Source: Bacteroidales bacterium
GTDB taxonomy: Bacteria; Bacteroidota; Bacteroidia; Bacteroidales; VadinHA17
NCBI GenBank assembly: GCA_009877105.1
Contig: WXFD01000006.1
Location: 155,292-219,291, forward strand
Direction of reading: 5' to 3'
DNA: 64,000 bases
Shown: positions 48,525 through 58,348 of the stretch, one piece after another
Layout of the letters: each line of letters opens with the position of its first letter
Position numbering within the stretch: the first letter of the stretch is position 1
Notes under the pieces: model-generated
The model's database searches: none
The model's input: the letters and a program-made list of their open reading frames with translations, nothing else
Told to the model about the DNA's origin: nothing
Made by a program: the position numbers and the translations under genes

Positions 48525-49721
48525 TCAATTCGATGCATACCGGGAATCACAATAGGGATAGCGTGTGAAATGTATTTTCCTTACCTCTTCCAGGAGCAGT
48601 TTTCTGAGTTCACCGGAGTTTTCACCCGTTTTTGCCGAGATGAATACGGTCGGACCGCTCTTGTCTGAAGCCATCCAGGTTCTCTTAAGATCATCAAGGG
48701 AATAATTTTCTTTCCCTGGAGGTGTCAGATCGTCTTCTTCCCTGATCGTCCAGGAAAAACTGTCGATCTTATTAAACACCATAATTACAGGCTTATCTGT
48801 TGAATTAAGTTCGCTGAGTGTCTGACTGACCACCGAAATCTGCTCCTCAAAGCCCGGATGTGAAATATCGACCACATGAAGCAGGAGATCCGATTCCCTG
48901 ACTTCATCGAGAGTTGATTTAAACGATTCAACAAGGTCATGAGGCAGTTTGCGAATGAACCCGACGGTATCCGACAAAAGAAAAGGCAGATTTTCAATAA
49001 CGACTTTCCTTACGGTCGTATCAAGGGTGGCAAATAACTTATCTCCTGCGAATACTTCCGACTTGCTGAGCATATTCATGATGGTTGACTTACCTGCATT
49101 TGTATAACCCACCAGTGCCACCCTAACCCTTTTTCCGCGGTTCTTGCGCTGGGTCGCCATCTGTTTGTCTATTTTCCTGAGCCTCGATTTCAGGAGGGCT
49201 ATTTTATCCCTGATGATCCTTCTGTCAGTTTCGATCTCGGTTTCCCCAGGTCCCCTGAGTCCTATTCCGCCACGCTGGCGTTCGAGATGGGTCCACATTC
49301 CCGCAAGGCGGGGCAGAAGATACTGGTATTGGGCAAGCTCAACCTGTGTTTTTGCATGTGAACTTCTTGCATGTCTTGCAAAAATATCCAGTATCAGATT
49401 GGTCCGGTCAAGGATCCGGCATCCCAGTGCCGTCTCAATGTTCTTTATCTGACCCGGCGAGAGTTCATCGTCAAAAACGGCGATATCGATATTGTTTTCT
49501 GACACACAGGCAGCAATCTCTGCTATTTTGCCTGAACCGACAAAGGTACGCGGATCAGGTGCAGGCATTCTCTGCATGAAACTACGTACCGGAACCGCAC
49601 CAGCTGTTTTTGCCAGGAAGGAAAGCTCTGCAATGTAATCACGTGCCTGGTTCTCATCCTGCCCGGGGTAGATCAATCCGATCAGAATGGCCCTTTCTGC
49701 TTTCTTTCCCGTTGGAATCAT
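48525..49721 (-). CDS. hflX: GTPase HflX
   Basis: HflX N-terminal domain plus G-domain motifs (GYTNAGKST, DTVGF, NKID). Confidence 0.9.
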   Translation of the reverse strand: MIPTGKKAERAILIGLIYPGQDENQARDYIAELSFLAKTAGAVPVRSFMQRMPAPDPRTFVGSGKIAEIAACVSENNIDIAVFDDELSPGQIKNIETALGCRILDRTNLILDIFARHARSSHAKTQVELAQYQYLLPRLAGMWTHLERQRGGIGLRGPGETEIETDRRIIRDKIALLKSRLRKIDKQMATQRKNRGKRVRVALVGYTNAGKSTIMNMLSKSEVFAGDKLFATLDTTVRKVVIENLPFLLSDTVGFIRKLPHDLVESFKSTLDEVRESDLLLHVVDISHPGFEEQISVVSQTLSELNSTDKPVIMVFNKIDSFSWTIREEDDLTPPGKENYSLDDLKRTWMASDKSGPTVFISAKTGENSGELRKLLLEEVRKIHFTRYPYCDSRYASN

Positions 49722-50894
49722 TTAGTTTATCAGCCTCCTGTTATTTTGCACCGCTCCGTTTATTGCCCGTTTCAGTGATTCCGAACATCGGAAAATCATT
49801 TCCATGTCATCAGGAAAAGGAACCGGGCTGCTTTTGGTTTTTTGAAGCTGGAATTTGTTCAGTGCATTTATATCTCCCACCGCACGAGCTGAAATATTCT
49901 CGAAATGCGAACTGGCACCGAGCGGCTCTTTTTTAAGAAGCTTTCCCGGACTGGACTGGAGTATTTCAATATCCCCTTCAATGACGCAGGATTTGGACTG
50001 AACCGTTTCAATGAGTGCACATTGCAGGGTCTTGTATCTTTTCGTTTTAATATCATTGCCAAGTGAATCCTTCATAACATTTCCCCTGCTGTCAACCTGG
50101 TAATTGAACCCGTCTTCAACATCCCTCTTTATCACAGAATCCCGCTGCATGGTCTGATCCGGGCTTACTGCAATGGTCTTCACATTGATATTGATGAAAT
50201 AGTCGTATTTTAAATTGTTGTTATAATTCATAATATGGTATTCAACCCATTCGCTGTTGAGCCGCGGGAGATCTAGCGCCAGAAGGTCCTCCTCAAATTC
50301 AGGAGTGAATTTCAGCATTGATTTATTAATCAGTGAAATCACAACCCTGCTCATTCCCAGATATTTGGATTCCTCAATCTTATTGTCGATATTTTCGTAA
50401 TCCCCGACATATTCTTTTGCTCTTACAAACTCATAATAAGCCTGCCGGAAAGATTCCTTCTGATTATTCTTCATAAGTTCATTCCCATGTGCGTAATAAT
50501 AGTCAGCTGATTTTCTTTTGGCAGCTATCATCTCGGGCATGTAATCAATATATTCATATGAAATTGATTTTCCGTTAAGTTCCAGGGGAGTAACTGATCT
50601 GACAAGGGATTGCCTGTCGCTAAGCCGCTTATTTATAAGGTAGATCTCGTCCCAGTTGGCCGGTAGCGATTCCATTTTCAGGAAACGGATTCTTTCGTTA
50701 TCCTGCTCATTTGCCACCCTGTATGATTTGTCAAGTATGGCAATCTGTTTGGCATCACGGGGATCCTTCCGAAGCTGCTTAACCGCCCTTTCAATGGCAG
50801 CATCATAGTTGCCTTTTTCAAGCTGCTTTTTGGATGAGCCGCATCCTGAAAGCGTAATAATTAAAATCATAAAAGCCGGAGCAATTTTTCTCAT
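49722..50894 (-). CDS. hypothetical lipoprotein
   Basis: MRKIAPAFMILIITLSGC lipobox from the internal ATG. No recognisable catalytic motif. The stop abuts the hflX start. Confidence 0.55.
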   Translation of the reverse strand: MRKIAPAFMILIITLSGCGSSKKQLEKGNYDAAIERAVKQLRKDPRDAKQIAILDKSYRVANEQDNERIRFLKMESLPANWDEIYLINKRLSDRQSLVRSVTPLELNGKSISYEYIDYMPEMIAAKRKSADYYYAHGNELMKNNQKESFRQAYYEFVRAKEYVGDYENIDNKIEESKYLGMSRVVISLINKSMLKFTPEFEEDLLALDLPRLNSEWVEYHIMNYNNNLKYDYFININVKTIAVSPDQTMQRDSVIKRDVEDGFNYQVDSRGNVMKDSLGNDIKTKRYKTLQCALIETVQSKSCVIEGDIEILQSSPGKLLKKEPLGASSHFENISARAVGDINALNKFQLQKTKSSPVPFPDDMEMIFRCSESLKRAINGAVQNNRRLIN

Positions 50895-50981
50895 GTCTTT
50901 TTTTATTAAAGTTAAGATAGCTTCACTTGATATCATAGGATACTGATAATTAAAACGCTTAAAATTGAAATTTGTGTCATA

Positions 50982-51863
50982 TCAGTAAATAAAACTCAAG
51001 GGTATCTGGAAACGAACCCTGACCGGCTGTCCCCGTTGCAGTCCTGGGGTCCATTTCGGTGATTCGGATATTACCTTTACAGCTTCATTATCCAGAAGCG
51101 GATGAACTCCTTTCAGGATGGTAACACTGCTGACCGATCCATCCTTTTCTACAATGAAGGTCAGATAAACAGTACCCCTTATTTTATTCTGTATAGCTGC
51201 CTGTGGGTAATTGGTTCTTTTGCCAACCCATTCCCTGAATTTCGAAAGATCTCCCCCCCTGAAGGATGGCATAACCTCAACCTGGAAAAGCGGCTCTTCA
51301 AGATCTCCACCCCCTGAACCCGGGCCTGAGCCGGAACCTTCACCAAAACCATAGCCGGCCACGTCAGTAATTTCGCTATCAACTGATGAAAGAATGTCTT
51401 CTGCTGATAAAAGGGTTGCCTCGTTGGGTAAAATTGAATCTACAACAACCGGAGGAATATATTCGATCATCTCCTGCATTCTTTCAGGCTGGGGAGGCGG
51501 TGGTGCTGCCGGGGGAATAAAGATCTGTTCTTCGGGCGGTGCAAGGTTTTCCAGGCTGATCATGACTCCGCCCCTGCCACCCCCAAAGGCTATTTCCTGT
51601 TTCGACCTGAAAAGGAAAGGGATAAAAACTACTGTTGCAGCAATAGCAATGGAAATAAGAATCGCGGCAAACAACACTCTCGGATATCGCTTTCGGAGCT
51701 GATAAGCCCCATAGTCCCTGTTCCTGTGCTCAAAAACAAGGTCATCGAAGTTCTTAATTTCAAATGGTCTGCCCGAGACGTTACTGATAAGGGTCCTATT
51801 GTGATTCTCTTTTTTCACCTGAATAAGCCAAGCCCTCTGCGTTTCCAAAGACTGTGCCAACAA
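50982..51863 (-). CDS. TonB-family energy transducer
   Basis: EHRNRDYGAYQLRK N-terminal box, TM helix, Pro-rich PPAAPPPPQPE spacer, and C-terminal TonB domain (YPQAAIQNKIRGTVYLTFIV...). No in-frame ATG; the start is TTG at 51863 or GTG at 51818. Confidence 0.8.
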   Translation of the reverse strand: MLAQSLETQRAWLIQVKKENHNRTLISNVSGRPFEIKNFDDLVFEHRNRDYGAYQLRKRYPRVLFAAILISIAIAATVVFIPFLFRSKQEIAFGGGRGGVMISLENLAPPEEQIFIPPAAPPPPQPERMQEMIEYIPPVVVDSILPNEATLLSAEDILSSVDSEITDVAGYGFGEGSGSGPGSGGGDLEEPLFQVEVMPSFRGGDLSKFREWVGKRTNYPQAAIQNKIRGTVYLTFIVEKDGSVSSVTILKGVHPLLDNEAVKVISESPKWTPGLQRGQPVRVRFQIPLSFIY

Positions 51864-51864
51864 T

Positions 51865-51896
51865 CAGGTCAGTTTGCAAAATCTGACCTGTTTTTT
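51865..51896 (+). terminator. terminator-like hairpin (plus-strand sense) with no upstream plus-strand gene
   Basis: caggtcag-N10-ctgacctg followed by TTTTTT. It lies immediately upstream of the minus-strand tonB-like start, so its function is unclear. Confidence 0.4.
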
Positions 51897-52058
51897 AAAA
51901 AATTAAATGCGAAGATATTAAAATACTGTTTCTCATCAAAGTTAAGACGACACAAGAGAAATGATGTTTTTTAATTATCCGTTTTTTTCTTACATTTGGC
52001 CAGGCTTTTGGGCCAGGTTTGGTTCAATTGGTTTCCTCGATACGTTTGACATCCTGAA

Positions 52059-52132
52059 GGGGGTTTAGCTCAGTTGGCTAGAGCGTTAGACTGGCAGTCT
52101 AAAGGTCAGGGGTTCGATTCCCCTAACCTCCA
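52059..52132 (+). tRNA. tRNA-Ala (anticodon GGC)
   Basis: Cloverleaf folded by hand. Acceptor GGGGGTT/AACCTCC contains the G3:U70 alanine identity pair. Anticodon loop CTGGCAG, T-arm AGGGGTTCGATTCCCCT. Confidence 0.9.
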
Positions 52133-52268
52133 CTTCCTCACATTTAAAATAAAACCCACAGGGGTTCCCTGCCCGACTGCCTAAGGGCACCAGGCAGGCG
52201 GGGATTCCCCTAACCTCCACTTCCTCACATTTAAAATAAAACCCACAGGGGTTCCCTGCCCAACTGCC
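52116..52268 (+). repeat. 66-bp direct repeat (two copies, 87-bp period), the first copy including the last 17 nt of tRNA-Ala
   Basis: Copy 1 is 52116-52181 and copy 2 is 52203-52268, with 1 mismatch (g/a): gattcccctaacctccacttcctcacatttaaaataaaacccacaggggttccctgcccRactgcc. Confidence 0.9.
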
Positions 52269-52495
52269 GAAGAAGGATTATGATCATTACTGACATCAAG
52301 CCCTGAACGGGCGCAATATGAACTGGTTCTTTATTATTGCCTGCCCTTGAATATCAGGGAATATTTTATCCGTAACAGATACCGCCGAGGATAATGACAT
52401 GACGCTCCTTCAGAGCTGAAAAGCACATGGCTGACCTGCCCCCCGCCGGCGCCTTTTCGTGATTTTTTATTCTGTCACGGAATTCAGATTTTTGC

Positions 52496-54043
52496 TTAAG
52501 TGCGGGATTTTTGCCGTTTTTCTATTTTAACATTATAATCACCCACACTAACCAGTGTAATTCCGTTTTGCTTCCCGAGGTTTCCTGAATATTGCATGTC
52601 AACCGGATTGTTCCAGTGCTCGTGGACACCAAGACTGGTTAGAGGTATTCCGCTGTTGTCGGGGTCGTAAATCAGTCCGTCCGGCCAGTTCTTCGGATCA
52701 GCGGCCTGATGCAGGTGATCATCAACTCCCGGCATATTGGGAACCCATTCCCAAACTGCATTTGCGGGATCGTGCTTGTTATTTCCGTCCCATTCGGTTC
52801 TCAGAAAATCAAAGCAGACGGATTCAAGCGCCACCTGATCCTGCGACATGAATATTGAAGAACTCCAGTGACCGTTGAAAGGAGGCATAAAGTATTTAAC
52901 GGGACCTTTTGTTTCATCGGATCCGCCCCCGAACATTCCGTCAACAATGAACAGCATTGTATTCCGGCCAAGATATTTGCTTCCCATCAGGTCAACCATG
53001 GCCCTGTATTTTCTGTAACCGCGGTTATTGGGATTGCCAACCTGCCTGGGTGATGTTTCCCATGAGGGGGCCACGGTCGAATAGTGAAGACGCGAGGCCC
53101 TGCCGGCAATTGATCCGAAATGGTTCTTTGTGGTAAGAGATATTCCTGCCGAACCATGGGGCTTGAAGTTGGCCAGATTAATCATGTAATCCGCATCTTC
53201 AATAACATCAAAAAGCCTGTCCGTCATTGTTTTGTCAGAATAAAAGAGAAGGACCTTTTCGGTTTCCTTAACCACGGTACGGTTAAAAGCATCAGAGTAC
53301 TTGTCGGTATATCTTATACCAGGAAATTCTTTATGCCAGTATGAATAATTATGCCCGAAGATATGCTTGTGCGGATCGCCGATTGATATATCCGACTGGT
53401 TTATTCCGCATTCATTGACAAGTTCCCGCAGGAGTTCGAGGACAATGTAGGGACCGGTTTCCATAGCGCCGTACCCGCGCGATCTTGCACCCGGTTTAAG
53501 CGGATAGGAGGGGACAAAATAACCGTTTGCCTTATCTTCCCTGCTCAGCAGCCAGTCGGAGGTTCCCTGGTTGATTTTTATATAAATCTTTTCTCCGGGG
53601 GTGTATCCCCTGTCTTTGTTGTGCTTTTTCAGATTGTGATAACGAAACAGCTGGTCCCATGCCTTATTGAGTTTACTCTCTCCTGTCAGCTTAAGTATGG
53701 ACTCCGAGAACATACTGTCAATGATCTTCTGATCGAAATTCACCGGATTAAAATACCAGTTGTTGTTTTCTATTACATTCTTACAATCGGGATTTGTGGC
53801 GCCGGGATTCCATGCCCAGACCACCCGTCCGGGATTACCGCCCAGAGCCCGGCCCATCGGCTGGTTGGGCCCGTCTTCAGGTCCCGCACTGTTTGAACCA
53901 TCCTGCTCAAAGAAAATACTTGGGGCTTCCAACAACTTCCCGTGATGAAACAGACCTGATGCCTCTTCAATAGCCTTGCCCGGATAAACATAAGTTGCGG
54001 CAGTCAATACGCCAACCGATTTTACAAATTTTCTTCTCCTCAT
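52496..54043 (-). CDS. Tat-signal DUF362-domain protein
   Basis: MRRRKFVKSVGVLTAATYV twin-arginine signal from the internal ATG. DADYMINLANFKPHGSAGISLTTKNHFG resembles the DUF362 core motif. Confidence 0.7.
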   Translation of the reverse strand: MRRRKFVKSVGVLTAATYVYPGKAIEEASGLFHHGKLLEAPSIFFEQDGSNSAGPEDGPNQPMGRALGGNPGRVVWAWNPGATNPDCKNVIENNNWYFNPVNFDQKIIDSMFSESILKLTGESKLNKAWDQLFRYHNLKKHNKDRGYTPGEKIYIKINQGTSDWLLSREDKANGYFVPSYPLKPGARSRGYGAMETGPYIVLELLRELVNECGINQSDISIGDPHKHIFGHNYSYWHKEFPGIRYTDKYSDAFNRTVVKETEKVLLFYSDKTMTDRLFDVIEDADYMINLANFKPHGSAGISLTTKNHFGSIAGRASRLHYSTVAPSWETSPRQVGNPNNRGYRKYRAMVDLMGSKYLGRNTMLFIVDGMFGGGSDETKGPVKYFMPPFNGHWSSSIFMSQDQVALESVCFDFLRTEWDGNNKHDPANAVWEWVPNMPGVDDHLHQAADPKNWPDGLIYDPDNSGIPLTSLGVHEHWNNPVDMQYSGNLGKQNGITLVSVGDYNVKIEKRQKSRT

Positions 54044-54463
54044 ATTATCATGAATAGTTAAGTTATCATATTGTCCCAAACAAGCCTGTAGCCAGTTATC
54101 ACCAAAATAAGTATTTCTGAACAATGACCGGGCCGATAGCGGACATGTTCCTGCTGTCGGTGCCTGACTTACTTAAAACCCTGTCTTTGTCATTTTAGTC
54201 TGGTCATAAAGGTAAAAAGAATCCATTCATCTGAAGTCCCTGTGCGATAATAAATGTCCGTTTCCCCGGATTTTGCATTGATATATTAATAATTCCCTCT
54301 CAAAACAGGCTTTTTGGGCAATGCAGTTCCAATGAAAACCGGGAACAAGTCCGGGAAAAGTCACGGATTCAGGATTGAATTAACCTGATTTAACATGAAA
54401 CAGCTTGTCAGTTCACAGGTTTGTAATAACTTAATAACCGGAAATCAATTTACAACCCGAACC

Positions 54464-55324
54464 ATGGAAAAAGAAATTAATGCCCTTTACCGGGCTTATA
54501 AGGACGGAAAGGATTCAAGAAGGTCTTTTCTCCGCAAGCTTGCCCTGATCACAGGAAGCAGCGCCGCAGCCGTGGCACTATTTCCTGTTTTGGAGGAGAA
54601 TGATCTGAAAGCCGCAGGAACAACCGGGAGAGCCTCTCCGGAGCTTTCAATCGGATTTGTGAAATATCCTGCAGAAACCGGCGACATGAGAGCATATCAA
54701 GCCAGGCCCAAAAAAGGAAAGAAGCTCCCGGGTGTAATTGTTATTCATGAAAACAGGGGCCTGGTTCCGCATATCCAGGATGTCACAAGGAGAATGGCCG
54801 GGGAAGGATTCCTTGCACTCGCGCCCGATGCACTGTCACCGCTTGGAGGAACTCCTGACGACACAAGTAACGTTGGTGAGATGTTCAGGAAACTCGACAG
54901 TGAAAAAACCACGAAAAACTTTGTTGCTGCAGTCAGATATCTGAAAACCAATCCTCTTTGCTCCGGGAAGGTTGGATGTACGGGATTCTGCTGGGGCGGG
55001 GCCATGACAAACCAGGTAGCAGTGAATGCACCCGATCTTGATGCCGCGGTGCCGTATTACGGAAGACAACCGGCTCCGGAGGATGTTGAAAAGATAAGGG
55101 CACCCATTATGGCCCATTATGCAGGGAATGACCCGGGAATCAATGCCGGGATCCCTGCCTTCGAGGAAGCTCTCAAAAAATACGGCAAGGAATACCAGAT
55201 TTTCATGTACGATGGTGCCATGCACGCTTTCAATAATGATTCCAACCCTGAGAGATATAATGAAAAAGCTGCAAAGCTTGCATGGGAAAGAACGGTCGGA
55301 TTCTTCAAAGAAAAACTGAAATAA
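54464..55324 (+). CDS. Tat-signal dienelactone hydrolase-family protein
   Basis: SRRSFLRKLALITGSSAAAVAL signal from the internal ATG. VVIHENRGL and GCTGFCWGG (nucleophile Cys) are DLH motifs. Confidence 0.85.
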   Translation: MEKEINALYRAYKDGKDSRRSFLRKLALITGSSAAAVALFPVLEENDLKAAGTTGRASPELSIGFVKYPAETGDMRAYQARPKKGKKLPGVIVIHENRGLVPHIQDVTRRMAGEGFLALAPDALSPLGGTPDDTSNVGEMFRKLDSEKTTKNFVAAVRYLKTNPLCSGKVGCTGFCWGGAMTNQVAVNAPDLDAAVPYYGRQPAPEDVEKIRAPIMAHYAGNDPGINAGIPAFEEALKKYGKEYQIFMYDGAMHAFNNDSNPERYNEKAAKLAWERTVGFFKEKLK

Positions 55325-55356
55325 GAGCGGGATAAGTTATTGTTCGTCTAAGCTGT

Positions 55357-56511
55357 TCATTTCCTGTTCCACCCTTCTGCCACTGCCCTGACAAAAGGAA
55401 GGCAGTGCCGGAAAAATGCCTTATATCCGGAGCACAGGTAATTCAATCCCGGCTCTCCATCGGGAGCTGTAATAAACCTGTTCTTCGGACATTCTCCGTT
55501 ACACATGGTCCTTACATCGCATATTTTGCAATAATACGGAAGTGAACATGACTTGGCAAGGCCGAAAGCTTTCTGCTTGTCACTGTACAGAAGTCCGGCT
55601 ACCGAATTATTCCCGATGTTGCCTACGAGATTTTCGCTGTTCACAAAATGGTCGCACGAGTAAAAATCCCCGTTTGCCTCAATAACCGGGACCGCTCCGC
55701 AATTTTCCCTGAAGATGCATAAGGTATGTTCCTGGTTGAACGCGGTTCGCGCTGCTTCTTCGAAGATCTGGATTTTGATCCTCCCGATGTCCTTCTCAAC
55801 CCACTCGTCAAATATCGCTATCAGGAAACTGCCAAATGCATCGGCACTGACTGATGCCGGGGAAACACCTCCCGGCAGATCAGGCCGGGGCTCAACAAGT
55901 GGCAGAAAGGTAATATTTTCAGCTCCGATATTCCTGAAAAAATCATAGACTGCCAATGGATACTCTGCATTGAATGAATTTACAACACAGAGGATTTCGG
56001 CTGAGACGCCTTCCTGCATAAGCATTTCAAAGCCTCTCAGGGTCTCAGAAAATGAAGTCCGGCCCGAAGGGCCCCTTCTGAAATGATTATGCAGCTCGCC
56101 CGGACCATCCATGCTGACGCCAACTATGAAATTTTCCATCCTGAATAACCATGTCCAATCCCGGTCGATCAATGTAGAATTAGTCTGTATCCCGTTTATT
56201 GCTGACTTTCCCCGGGGCAAATGTCTTCTCTGAAATTCAAGGGCTTTCCTGTAAAAGTCAATACCCGCGAGCAACGGCTCTCCTCCGTGCCAGGAGAAAA
56301 AGACAACAGGCCCCTCCGTGGCCTCAATATGCTGAATAATATATTTCCCGAGTATCTCATCGGTCATCAGCAAATCTGATCCGTCATGGTAAAGGGATAA
56401 TTTATCAAGGTAATAACAATATCGGCACCGGAGATTGCATCTGGCACCTGCAGGTTTGACGAAAATCTGAAATTCAGGCAGGTAATTTTGTGTTTCAGTC
56501 ATCCCATTCAA
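55357..56511 (-). CDS. anaerobic sulfatase-maturating enzyme (radical SAM/SPASM)
   Basis: KPAGARCNLRCRYCYY is a CX3CX2C motif. Cys-rich SPASM C-terminus (CDHF...CSLPYYCKICDVRTMCNGECPKNR). Confidence 0.85.
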   Translation of the reverse strand: MNGMTETQNYLPEFQIFVKPAGARCNLRCRYCYYLDKLSLYHDGSDLLMTDEILGKYIIQHIEATEGPVVFFSWHGGEPLLAGIDFYRKALEFQRRHLPRGKSAINGIQTNSTLIDRDWTWLFRMENFIVGVSMDGPGELHNHFRRGPSGRTSFSETLRGFEMLMQEGVSAEILCVVNSFNAEYPLAVYDFFRNIGAENITFLPLVEPRPDLPGGVSPASVSADAFGSFLIAIFDEWVEKDIGRIKIQIFEEAARTAFNQEHTLCIFRENCGAVPVIEANGDFYSCDHFVNSENLVGNIGNNSVAGLLYSDKQKAFGLAKSCSLPYYCKICDVRTMCNGECPKNRFITAPDGEPGLNYLCSGYKAFFRHCLPFVRAVAEGWNRK

Positions 56512-56674
56512 ATTTTTCCGGAAAGTGTTCAGGGCAGTGTATCCCGGGTAGCAGATCTGCGCCGTTGTTCTCCGGATTATTTGATAATTACAGATCGCCG
56601 GATATAACCATTACCGGATCTGGAAGTCGCGGTCAAATTATCGTTTTAATTCTTTAAATCCTGACCGTGGTATT

Positions 56675-58249
56675 CTAATTTGTTTTTTCTTCATTGCAGC
56701 CTGTTGTAATAACACGGGAGTTGTCATCTGAGTATATTGACTCAATCCCATCCTCCGGATTACAATTGCGAACCCGAAGCGAAGAATTTACCGCTCCTAT
56801 CTGCGAAATCAGCTTTACCGTCCCTAAGCTGTTGGTTAAAATATTGCTTAATACCACATCCCTGGAATTGTTGCAGTAAACAGCGTGGGTCCAGAAGCCT
56901 CCGGCATTGGAAAAATCGACGGAGAATCCATCCACGTTTAACCCTTTTACATTAGCGACATAAAGCGCACAGGAGCTTTCACTATTCCATACAGTAACCT
57001 CAAGCGGCTGATCTTTCTGAACTTTTCCTGACGGAATTATATTAATGTTCGACAGGTTGATATTCTCAATATGTTTTTCCATAGTACTGCCAATAAAGCT
57101 TGTTCCGCCGCTTGTTGCAATCAGGTTTGAAATCCGGATGTTCCTCATGAAGCATGATGATTCAATATCTTTTTTATCATTGCCCATCCACAAGTAAATC
57201 GGTTGGGTTACATCCTGCATTACAATGTTGTCAAACTGAATATTTTCAACTCTCGTGCCCCTGATTATAGGAAAGTCATCGCCCCTGTCGGGTAATATGC
57301 TGATTATATCAATTCCATGATTGGATCTGTACATGGCCAGATTGCTGAATGTTGCATTCCTTATGGGTGAATCACCTTCATAACCCACCCGAATGGCACA
57401 GGCCGGGGGAGAGCTCAAAATACAGTTTGTCACAACAATATTTTCACAGGGTCGTTCCTCATGGCCCAACCTTCCTGAATCGCTTTTTATTGCGATTGCA
57501 TCATCGCCGCCTTCTATGTTGCAATTTGAGATTGATACCCGGCGGCAGCAATCAATGTCAATTCCATCGGTATTCGGACCATCAAGGGGATTCCGGATTG
57601 TTATGCCTTCAATGTTAATATCATCGCAACCCAAGGGCCAGAGTGTATAGCAAGGTGAATTGTTCAACTGAATATCGCGGATGATTATAAATTTACAGTT
57701 TACAAAACAAATCAGGCTCCGTGGTCGCCATTCCCTGGGTTTTCTTACCCATTTAGTGAACATTTCCTCTTCCCAGAAAGTATCCCCGTTTCCATTAATT
57801 TCTCCCCTGCCTTCTATGGAAATATGTTTTGCGTTTTCCGCATAAATAAGGAATGATCCTTCAGCTCCGAAGGAAGGTTTTCCTTCAACGGTCAGTAATC
57901 CCGCTATGGGCTGGTAGTCCTGGCGGTTCCTGCTTCCCATAAGTACGGCATCAGCGTCCATGTGAACTGTTACATTGTCCTTAAGGAACAATGTCCCTGA
58001 AATAAAAGTCCCCCGGGTAAACCGAACCATTCCACCTCCTGCCCGGTAACAGGCATCTATGGCTTTCTGAATGGCTGACGTGTTTAATGTCAAACCATCT
58101 CCTTTGGCACCAAAGTCAGTTACATACCACACTCTGTTTTCCGGTATCCTGACGGAGGGGTGTTTCTTATTTTTATCCTGTGCCTTAGCGCACAAGCTCC
58201 AGGAAAAGATCAGAATTAGAATTACAATCAGTACTTTGGGGAATTTCAT
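56675..58249 (-). CDS. glycoside hydrolase family 28 (polygalacturonase-like, pectate-lyase fold)
   Basis: Signal peptide. NTDGIDIDCC...GGDDAIAIKS are catalytic motifs (NTDG, G/DDxxxxK), plus RVGYEG. Confidence 0.85.
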   Translation of the reverse strand: MKFPKVLIVILILIFSWSLCAKAQDKNKKHPSVRIPENRVWYVTDFGAKGDGLTLNTSAIQKAIDACYRAGGGMVRFTRGTFISGTLFLKDNVTVHMDADAVLMGSRNRQDYQPIAGLLTVEGKPSFGAEGSFLIYAENAKHISIEGRGEINGNGDTFWEEEMFTKWVRKPREWRPRSLICFVNCKFIIIRDIQLNNSPCYTLWPLGCDDINIEGITIRNPLDGPNTDGIDIDCCRRVSISNCNIEGGDDAIAIKSDSGRLGHEERPCENIVVTNCILSSPPACAIRVGYEGDSPIRNATFSNLAMYRSNHGIDIISILPDRGDDFPIIRGTRVENIQFDNIVMQDVTQPIYLWMGNDKKDIESSCFMRNIRISNLIATSGGTSFIGSTMEKHIENINLSNINIIPSGKVQKDQPLEVTVWNSESSCALYVANVKGLNVDGFSVDFSNAGGFWTHAVYCNNSRDVVLSNILTNSLGTVKLISQIGAVNSSLRVRNCNPEDGIESIYSDDNSRVITTGCNEEKTN

Positions 58250-58310
58250 GTTCCTTACAATTATTTTTACAGATAACTTTTAAATATACGAATGATTTTA
58301 TAAAGCAGGC

Positions 58311-58348
58311 TTCCGGGCAGGCAGGATAGTCATCCTGCCTTCCCGGAA
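58311..58348. other. long stem-loop (17-bp arms, 1 mismatch, 4-nt loop)
   Basis: ttccgggcaggcaggat-agtc-atcctgccttcccggaa, 62 nt upstream of the GH28 start. No flanking T-run on either strand. Confidence 0.6.

Noticed and set aside
52203-52268. A second tRNA gene, or an integrated element next to tRNA-Ala.
   Set aside because: Only the last 17 nt of the tRNA are duplicated, so no cloverleaf can form. Just 21 nt separate the repeats, and there is no integrase or cargo between or beside them.
55357-56511. The radical SAM/SPASM protein as a RiPP maturase with a hidden precursor peptide nearby.
   Set aside because: The N-terminal motif and length fit anaerobic sulfatase-maturating enzymes. No small Cys- or Gly-rich precursor ORF is adjacent, and the flanking genes are a hydrolase and a GH28.
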